A stretch of 63,008 nt of DNA, counting the filler, from Reclinomonas americana ATCC 50394 (lineage: Eukaryota), in the NCBI GenBank assembly GCA_048213135.1. It is 6 parts of one record of this genome, joined end to end, with 100 filler letters (N's around TTAATTAATTAA, not from the genome) between each part and the next. Parts side by side here need not be neighbours in the genome. Positions count along the whole stretch, not along the records: positions 1 to 25,775 come from PS015020.1; 5 more parts are not named here. One strand, 5' to 3'. The position numbers were made by a program, and so were the translations under genes. Below are positions 1 to 8,148 of this stretch, in pieces. How positions within the stretch are numbered: the first letter of the stretch is position 1; each line of letters starts with the position of its first letter. Under the pieces are notes generated by a model. It saw only the letters and a list, made by a program, of their open reading frames with translations. It ran no database searches and was not told the DNA's origin.

Positions 1-19
1 TCGTCGTCGTCGTCGTCTC

Positions 20-51
<32 letters not shown>

Positions 52-108
52 CTCCCTCCCTCCCCCCCCCCCCCCCCTTCCCCTCTCTCTCTCTCTGGTG
101 CTCTGCAG

Positions 109-3100
109 AACGCTTCTGGCTCTGGATCTGGCGCCTCGGATTCCAGGGCTTCAGCTCGACGCCGTCGGTGAGCACGATCGATTGTGCTTTGACGTTCATC
201 GGCTTTCTCGCTGATGCACACACTCTCGCACAGTGTTGCTGCCTCCCCTGATCTCGAAGACGATGATCGGCATCACAAGCGTCCACGATTGCCAGGTGAC
301 GTTGCGAGAGTGCTGCCGACGCAGCCAGCCTCCCCCTTAGCCGCATCACTCATTCCCGTCGCAGTCGACGAAATTTTCACCACCATCTCTCGCATGGAGA
401 AGCATCCGCAGATCCGGGACGCCGCCTCTCGCCGTGTCAATCACTCACACAAGCCTGTGCGCTGCGCTGCTGTGTCTGCCGCACGTCTTTTTTGCTCCGT
501 CTGTCTCATCATTGTGCACGACGCCACAGCTTGCTCGGGGCGAAATGCGGCTCGTCCCTCCGCTCATGCCATATGGCGTGGTGGGGACGCTTGTCAAACA
601 CGTTGAGATTCGAAAGGATAACGTGCGGGATCGCATGTTGCACCCATTTTTTGCCGTAAGCGGTGGACCTGGCACTGGCAAATCTCGCTTGTTGGACTCG
701 CTGGGCGATCTGCTCCAACGTGATGTTGAAGAGGAGCTTGTCGCTGAGCGTGTCGGCCGTCCGCAGACTGCTGCATATACGACAACACTGCGGAGATTGC
801 ACAGTGCACTGCGTACCGGCCGTGTGACGGTATGTGTCGTGTGATGCCGCTGCGTGTGCACGTTATACCCGTCCTCGAGTTGACTTCTTGCTGCTGCCGC
901 CCAAGATCCCCGTCACCTTTGGCGACGGTCATGAGCTGATGCAGGGTGAAGACGGCTTCGACAGACCGTTCATGGGTTTGCGCGTTCTCCATGCGTGGTT
1001 TGGCGCAGAGCATGCGTGCTTTGCCGACTTTGTCGAGGCGTACCGAAACTTGTCCATGCTTGACGAAGGCGACGTTGATGTATACGACGCCGTCAACATT
1101 GTGGCTTGCGACGCACGCCGCCAATCGGGTACGCGTTGCAGTGCCCCCCCTCTCTTTTGTAGATTAGTACGGTCTCAGTCTGCACCATGTTCGCTCAGGA
1201 ATGTCCCCGGACGACGAGATGGTTGTGCTGATTCTCGTGGACGAGTGCCTGAAAGTGCTGGAAAACAAAGGTTGTGCTGTCGTCGACGTGTCGTTGAATT
1301 GTTGCTTCCTTACACCTGTTTTTCTCCTTCTCCCTCCTCTCTCTCTCTCTATTTGCAGGAGATCTCCGGCACCTGTTCACAAAGCTTGCCGGAGTGCTTT
1401 GTACTGCACAAGCCGGCGAAAAGTGCATGGTGCTTGTGGCATGCTCTACGCTGGAGTGGAGTGAACTCCAGAAAATACTTGGCCAATGCCTGCGGCACAC
1501 TTGCTTGCAGATTGATCTTCCCCTGTTGCGGAGCGCGCATGTCGATGACTTTGTGGATGCCACCATGCGGGAAGCGCACCCGTCGTGGGCCGACAAGTGG
1601 CGAACGTGCGTTGCGCTTCGTCGAGTCGTAGCCAGTGTTGGCGGCATCCCTCGATGCGTCGAGTCTTTGATATCGGTGCTTGCCCGCTGCGAGCCAGAGC
1701 GTGGTAAGGACATACATGTCCACTTTTGTGCACTACGCACGCCATGTTCTCACTCGCGTGCACGAATTCTCTTGTGCGTACGTGTGTTTGGCATCGGCTG
1801 CGTGCCACAGATTTCACAGGAGATGGTGGGCGACTGGAGTCGGCAGTGGCAGCCGAGCTGTGCAATGTGGGCTACAGGGTCATCTGTCTCGATGAGGAAT
1901 GGCTGCTGGAGTTGTCAGCAAAACCCATGTGTTCGCTGGAGAGGACTGTTGTGTTCAAGACTGGCACAAAGATCGACTTCAGCAAAGCGGTGGCGGCTGG
2001 CGATGTCGCGTACCACACAAGTACATCATGTAGACGATTGCAATTGGTTCGATGGTGTGCTTTGTGAATGCGTGGGTTCCATGTATGTGATCTGACGTAC
2101 GTGCGTCACCGCAGCTGAATTTGCATTACCCAGTGTATCCATTGGCCTTGTTGCGAGCAAGTGACTGGAAGCGCACTGTTGTCGGGCTGCAACCGACGGC
2201 GTGGACAGATCGTGACTTTGGGGAGGCGTGCTCCTGCGGCCTGGCCGTCAAGCTGTCGTCGTATGTTTCGGTCGATCATGATCTGTACGTCGAGGACGTG
2301 TTGGTGGGCGCCATTCGTCCGCCGGAATCCTCCAGCCATTGCGGCTACTTTGGAAAGCTGCAACTCGACCCTGACGCTGCGGTCCGTGTTCAGGACTTGG
2401 CTGGCAACTTCACTGTGCGTGACTTGAACACTGTGTTTCTTTTGTGTGCTGTGACGTTGGCTGAAGACTGCGCTGCTGCTGCAACATGCAGGACGCGGAT
2501 CTCGACATCCCTCAGGGTGTTCTTCTTCGGACCCAAGACGAGACTCGCACTGCGGACGCGTTGATCATCGCAGGAGAAGTTGCGTGCAGAGTGTACGTGC
2601 TATCCAACCACGTGAGGTGTGTGTTAATTGTCTCATGTGTGTCGTCCGTCTGCTCACGCGACACAGGGATACATGACGTTCCAGTTCAAGCGTACATGGT
2701 CGGGGTTAATGAGTGTCGAAGCAGTGCTGGAGGCGTACGCGAAAGCGTTTCTGGTGCGCTTTGCTTGACACACAAGCATACCGCTGCGATGGTCTCTGAC
2801 TGCAGTATGCATCTGTTTTATCATTGCAGTCGTGCCTGCTGCTTGATGAAGCCCGCGACGCACTCCCAAAACTTTGGTTCACGGATGAGGAAGCGGCAAA
2901 GGAGCTGCGACGGTTCATGCGCGACAATGCTTTCCTGCAATACGACGACATGCCGCAAGAGCAGCAACAGACTGTATTGCTGGTTGCGCAGTCGTGTGTA
3001 GTTTCGTCGCGTGCGTGCTGCTACACTTGCGTCCGTGGGAGAGAGAGAGTGGTCACCTGGCGTGTTTGTGATGCACAGAACTTTTGGTTTGGTCTGTTTG

Positions 3101-3472
3101 TCGTGCGGCCGCATCCACATCTGGACGCATCGCTGCCTCCCAACGCGTTCCTGGTGGACTCGAGAAACATGAGTCTGTTTTTCGGATACATCATGGGCCC
3201 TCTGCTGAAGCGCAACTTTGTCGGTATGTAATATGTCCTCTCCCGAGTGGCGAGCGCACTCTCTTACTCGCCTGTGTGTTTGCACAGACATCAATGTCAA
3301 CACCATGTCGAAGAAGCAGCTGAGCGAGCGCCTGTCCTCCGCCCTTGCGCGCCAGATTGTAAAGAATCGCACAACGAGACATTTTGTGTCCATGGAGGAT
3401 TTGGTAGGGCGAGTGGCGGCGATCGGGGGAGAGGAGCTCGAGCCGGATCTCCGCCAAGCCATTCGCTTTTGA
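109..3472 (+). CDS. Crinkler/RHS-type P-loop NTPase + restriction-endonuclease-fold + C-terminal helix-hairpin-helix protein (multi-exon, 5' end outside window)
   Basis: Spliced exons give Walker A (FAVSGGPGTGKSRLL), Walker B (VVLILVDE), a GGIPR motif, a D...QxK nuclease-like signature (TADALII...GYMTFQFKRT), and a ComEA-like HhH tail (DINVNTMSKKQL...ARQIVKNR...FVSMEDL). Stop at 3470-3472. First visible acceptor AG at 107-108. Confidence 0.72.
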
Positions 3473-3547
3473 CTCAACGATGAGCCCCACCAGTATAGAT
3501 CTAGATAGCAAAAGAGTGGGTTTACTGAAAGGTCCCCACATGCGGCC

Positions 3548-4639
3548 TCACAAGCACTGCCCCAGCGCCACGCACTTTTGCACCACAACTTGCGCCTCCT
3601 CCACCACGAAGCAGCGCAAGACGATTTCCACCAGACATCGCACGTCCCCGCCGTTCTCCTCCTCCACCTCCTCCTGCACCACCATCTCCTGCACCGTGTC
3701 CGCGGCAGCGCGGGCCCACTGCAGCTCACGAGTCGCCAGACCCGTCGCGGTCGACCATACCCACACGGTGCTGTCTGTGCCGCCACCCACAATGTGCTGA
3801 GCATCCAGAGTGACGGCCACCGAGAACACGGCACCGGTGTGCCCCTCCAGCCGGTGCACCTCCTGCCCGCCACTCGCCATGGACCACACACGCACCGACT
3901 TGTCTGCACTCCCACTCACAACGTGGCGACCGTCGACCGTGACGGCCACGGAGCGCACATAATCTGTGTGCCCCTCAAATCGGCGCACCTCCTCCCCGCT
4001 CGCCAGTGACCACACACGCACCGTCCGGTCATGCCCACCACTCACAACGTACTGCTCCCGATCGCGCATGCAGGCGACAGACCACACGTAGCCCCGGTGT
4101 CCCACCAGTCGGCGCACCTGCTGCCCACTCGCCAGCGACCACACTTGCATCGCGTCGTATCGACCGCCGCCCACCACGTACTGGCCGTCGGGAGTGACAG
4201 CAACGCAGACCACAGCGTCGGCATCGCCGTCGAATCGCCGCACTTCCTCACCGCTCCCCAACGAGAACACTCGCGCCGTGTTGTCCGCGCTGCCACAAAC
4301 AACGTGCTGGCCGTCGGCGGTGGCGGCAACAGAGGACAACCACCCAGTGTGCCCCACCAGCCGTCGCACCTCCTTCCCACTCTCCACCGACCACACAATA
4401 AGTGAGGCGTCGCCGTTGCCACTCACCACATACCGACCGTCGGGCGTGACTGCCACCGCCATCACACCACCCGCGACAGGTCCCTCGAATCGACGCACGA
4501 CTTGCCCGCTCACCGCCAGTGACCACAGGAGCAGCGTCATGTCGCGACTGCCACTCACGAGGTGCTGGCCGTCGGGCATGACGGCCACCGCAGTCACAGG
4601 CTGAGTGTGACCACGCAAGCACACGCTGTGCATGTGCAT
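3548..4639 (-). CDS. Intronless WD40-repeat beta-propeller protein (about 7 repeats plus acidic tail)
   Basis: 363-aa ORF with repeated VRRxxGHTxxVxxVAVTxDGxxVVSGSxDxTVRVWSLxSG units. Confidence 0.92.
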   Translation of the reverse strand: MHMHSVCLRGHTQPVTAVAVMPDGQHLVSGSRDMTLLLWSLAVSGQVVRRFEGPVAGGVMAVAVTPDGRYVVSGNGDASLIVWSVESGKEVRRLVGHTGWLSSVAATADGQHVVCGSADNTARVFSLGSGEEVRRFDGDADAVVCVAVTPDGQYVVGGGRYDAMQVWSLASGQQVRRLVGHRGYVWSVACMRDREQYVVSGGHDRTVRVWSLASGEEVRRFEGHTDYVRSVAVTVDGRHVVSGSADKSVRVWSMASGGQEVHRLEGHTGAVFSVAVTLDAQHIVGGGTDSTVWVWSTATGLATRELQWARAAADTVQEMVVQEEVEEENGGDVRCLVEIVLRCFVVEEAQVVVQKCVALGQCL

Positions 4640-4817
4640 GGGAAGGAGGGGAAAGGGGGGAATGGGTGAGTGCTTTGGAGAGAAGCAACAGAGAGATTTC
4701 TCCGCGTCTGTTGAGTGGCAGTTCGCTGCACCACTTACTGGCTGTCACCTGTGCATGCCATGGCCAGGTGCACCCATAGTACTCTTCCAATGCCGCAGCG
4801 CAACGTTCTCTCTGAAG

Positions 4818-4896
4818 AGAAGCACTTCACACAGTTGTTGTGTCCCACACTTTGTTTTCTCTTCTTCCTTTGAGCCAGCACCTACCCACATACACA
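4818..4896 (+). promoter_or_regulatory. Conserved upstream/5'UTR block of micro-peptide gene 1
   Basis: AGAAGCACTTC..TGTGTCCCACAC..TTTTCTCTTCTT..GAGCCAGCAC recurs in the same order upstream of copy 3 (6507-6564). Partial matches lie upstream of copies 2 and 4. Confidence 0.55.
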
Positions 4897-5149
4897 ATGG
4901 GATCCGCCCACAGTCAAGAACATGGAAGCTCGCACGCCGGCACCGACACCACAGTGTTGGGTAGCGACGACAGGGTGAGAGTGAACTGTTGGTTGCGCTC
5001 TCTGTTTTTGAGTGGTGTGCTCATTTTTCACCACCATCGCGCAGGTGATTAGCACGAGCACCAGTGGAGGTGTCGACCAGGATGGTGGAGCCACCAACTC
5101 ACCCAGCTACGGCCTCAGTGCAACAATTCCACTCCCGATGCCCGAGTAA
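4897..5149 (+). CDS. Micro-peptide family copy 1 (60 aa; exons 4897-4974, 5045-5149)
   Basis: MGSAHSQEHGSSHAGTDTTVLGSDDR/VISTSTSGGVDQDGGATNSPSYGLSATIPLPMPE*. 70-nt phase-0 GT-AG intron. Homologous to three downstream copies. Confidence 0.88.
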
Positions 5150-5648
5150 GCCAAGTGAGTGTGAGAGTGAGTGAGTGCGAGAACATTACCGCAATGTAAT
5201 ATTGATCGTGTGGCTGTGTATGTGTGTGCGTGCGTGTGTGTGCGTGCATGTGGCAGTACAGAACTGATGTGAGTATGTCTGTCGACACGTGCAGAGTTTC
5301 ACTCGCTCTCTCTCGCCATTTTATCATGCTTGCGTGTCACCTCTCTTGTATGTGCCTTGCACACTCTCCCTTCCACCCCCCTCTCTCTCCCTCACGTTGG
5401 GTAGTCGTGTCTCTGTGTGTATGCACCGGAACACGCTGCGCATGCAGTTGCGGTTTTTCACACGCATATCAATGCGATTTCCTCCTGCACGACTCCTCTC
5501 GCTCTCACATGGCCTTTTTCCGGCCACAGCAGGTCGCACAAGGTGCAGCTACGTACACTGGCACCACCTCACGCACTTTTGTGTGCTCGCGGACACTCCA
5601 CTGCAATTGTTCTTCGTTCTTGTGAGCCAAAACACACACGCAACACAA

Positions 5649-6058
5649 ATGGGATCAGTTCCGGGACACCAGGCACACTCGGAGATCTACGGACCCGTCG
5701 ACCACTCTTCTGTCTGCAACCCGTCCATCGTGGTGGACGAAGCGGACAAGGTGCGGGAGAATGACTGCTGCTGCAGATTTGAGTTTTTCGCGTCTTGTTT
5801 TCACACAACTGTTTGCTGCTGCTGCTGCTGCNNNNNNNNNNNNNNNNNNNNNNNNNNNNNNNNNNNNNNNNNNNNNNNNNNNNNNNNNNNNNNNNNNNNN
5901 NNNNNNNNNNNNNNNNNNNNNNNNNNNNNNNNNNNNNNNNNNNNNNNNNNNNNNNTGCGCAGGTGCACAGCTCGAGTCACAGTGGCGGTATTGAGCAGGA
6001 GGCTGTGGTCATTAATGCGCCCAGCTGCGAGCCGCCTGGGCTTCCTGGGCCCGAGTGA
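5649..6058 (+). CDS. Micro-peptide family copy 2, divergent (65 aa; exons 5649-5750, 5963-6058)
   Basis: MGSVPGHQAHSEIYGPVDHSSVCNPSIVVDEADK/VHSSSHSGGIEQEAVVINAPSCEPPGLPGPE*. Same intron position and phase. The intron contains an N gap. Confidence 0.78.
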
Positions 6059-6506
6059 TCACGAGTTACGTAGTGAGGGAGTGCGAGAAGGTTACCGCAC
6101 TGCACAACGCAGCAGTGTACCTATCAATCGTTGTGGCCTTTGTGTCATGGTGTTTCTGTGGGTGCTTGTCTCTGCTTGCTGAGTCGCACCGAGTGTCTCT
6201 TTCTGTCACCGTCCACAGTGTCAAGAAGGCGATCACTGCGTTCGAAAGCTCTCTCCGCGTCCACGCTCCTGCGAACACTGACACACATACACGCGACTGT
6301 GTTGTGCACACACAGCACGAGTGCATGTGTGTGCCTGATATCGATCGGTGGCCTTTTGATTTTTCATGTGCACGTGATCACAGTTTTTGCGCACGATCGC
6401 AGCGCACTGGTTTTTGTCGACTTTGCAAAGCCGCCTCAGCCACTGCAGTCGCAGCAGTGCGCTTGCGAAGCACTGCGATGAGCCGCAACAACACCAACCG
6501 CTGCGC

Positions 6507-6599
6507 AGAAGCAGCACTTCGAGACTTGTGTCCCACACTGTTTTCTCTTCTTGCGAGCCAGCACACTCTCTTCTCTCTTCTCTCTCTCTCTCACACACA
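6507..6599 (+). promoter_or_regulatory. Conserved upstream/5'UTR block of micro-peptide gene 3
   Basis: Same ordered motifs as 4818-4896. Confidence 0.55.
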
Positions 6600-6863
6600 A
6601 TGGGATCCGTTCACGGCCAAGAATCTGGACACTCGCAAGCTCACACCGAGACCACAGTACTGGGCGATAACGATCAGGTAAAAAGAAGAGCACCACGAGC
6701 TCTGGTTTCACTGCAGCAGTTGTTTCAGTTGCCGAATGCTGTGCCTGTGCATTTGCAGGTGACAAGCACAAGCACCAGCGGCGGTGTCGACCAGGACGGA
6801 CACGCGACCAACGCACCTAGCTACGGCGTCAGCGCATCAATGCCACTACCGATTCCCGAGTGA
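6600..6863 (+). CDS. Micro-peptide family copy 3 (60 aa; exons 6600-6677, 6759-6863)
   Basis: MGSVHGQESGHSQAHTETTVLGDNDQ/VTSTSTSGGVDQDGHATNAPSYGVSASMPLPIPE*. 81-nt phase-0 intron. Confidence 0.88.
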   Translation: MGSVHGQESGHSQAHTETTVLGDNDQVKRRAPRALVSLQQLFQLPNAVPVHLQVTSTSTSGGVDQDGHATNAPSYGVSASMPLPIPE

Positions 6864-7397
6864 GAGATCATGAGTGAGCGACTGCGAGAAGTTATCGCAG
6901 CGATAGTCAAGTGAAAAACTTGCACTTTGCAACTTGGTTGTACGGGGCAACGTGGTGCGTGCATGTATGACACTGCGGAGTGTTGAGAAGCAGCTGCAGG
7001 GCGGTCGACGTCGTCATCGCTGCACTTCGTATTCTTCACTAGTACTCTCCTTTGAATTCGATCGCGATCGTCTTGTGCACCTCGTCACGTCAGGCCTGCC
7101 TATCAGCATCTCACTCTGCAGTGTCACCCATGTGTCTGCAGCTTACTTCTTGCTTGCTGCTCATGAACGCATGCGAACGTGGTGCGCCGACATTGGGCAA
7201 TTGACTTGCAATTGTTTGCCTTCGTCGCAGCGTCGCACCCACATCACTGTTACATAGATATGCAGCCACAGTTACCGCTGCATGGCGCATGTGTGTCTCT
7301 TGCTTTCCGGCTTTCGCTTGCTGTGCACGTCGGTGTGCCTGCTGTCCCAACACAAATCATTTGCCGGCACTCTCATTCTCGAGCAAACACATACACA

Positions 7398-7660
7398 ATG
7401 GGCTCCGCCACCAGCCAAGAATCCGGAAACTCGCACGCCGACACCAACACCACGGTGCTCGGCCAGGACGACGAGGTGCGTGCGCGTGTGGAGCAGTGTG
7501 AGAACTTCTCTCAAGTCATGCAGCTGCGTTGCTAATACGACGTGGTGCTGGGTGCGTGCAGGTGCAAAGCACGAGCAACAGTGGCGGAGTCGACCAGAGC
7601 GGTGGCGCCACCAACTCGCCCAGCTTCAACATGTCGCTGCCGCTCCCCATTGACGAGTGA
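7398..7660 (+). CDS. Micro-peptide family copy 4 (58 aa; exons 7398-7475, 7562-7660)
   Basis: MGSATSQESGNSHADTNTTVLGQDDE/VQSTSNSGGVDQSGGATNSPSFNMSLPLPIDE*. 86-nt phase-0 intron. Confidence 0.88.
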
Positions 7661-8148
7661 GTGAGTGTTTGACAGAGTGTTCAACGAAAAGCATCATCAT
7701 CATCATCATGTAGTGTAGGAATGTACGTTGTTGTTGTTGTTGTTGATTGTGCATGATGAGCTGTGTGTGCGGGGAGAGGGAGAGGGAGAGAGTGTGTGTT
7801 TGGCGACGGAGAATTACTGTTATGTGTCCGTTTGTCAGTCTCTCTCTCTCTCTCTCACTGCACACACACTCGCTCTCTCTTCTATGCACACTCTCACTTA
7901 CGACTACTCGTCTTGCGTGCGTGCGTTGTGCATGCGTGTGTGCGAAAATGAAATGACAAATTGAGTGCTAGTCGTTGTTGCCGCTCGTCTTTCTCGTTCT
8001 CCTACCGCTCACTCTCTTCCTCCTCCTTGCCGCCCACCCTCCCAACGCGCAACCCGAGCCTCCGCGCATTCCAATTTTCAACACGCGCATTTTTTGATAT
8101 TTGCGCGCGAAACCTCTTTTCACCTTTTGTGAGAGCAAGCATCCGCAG

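Noticed and set aside
6387-6863. 158-aa ORF as the real product at this locus
   Set aside because: Paralogue comparison places the start at 6600 and identifies 6678-6758 as an intron.
4897-7660. Repeat-spacer pattern as a CRISPR-like array or transposon family
   Set aside because: Units are spliced coding genes conserved at protein level, with no identical repeats, terminal inverted repeats or cas genes.
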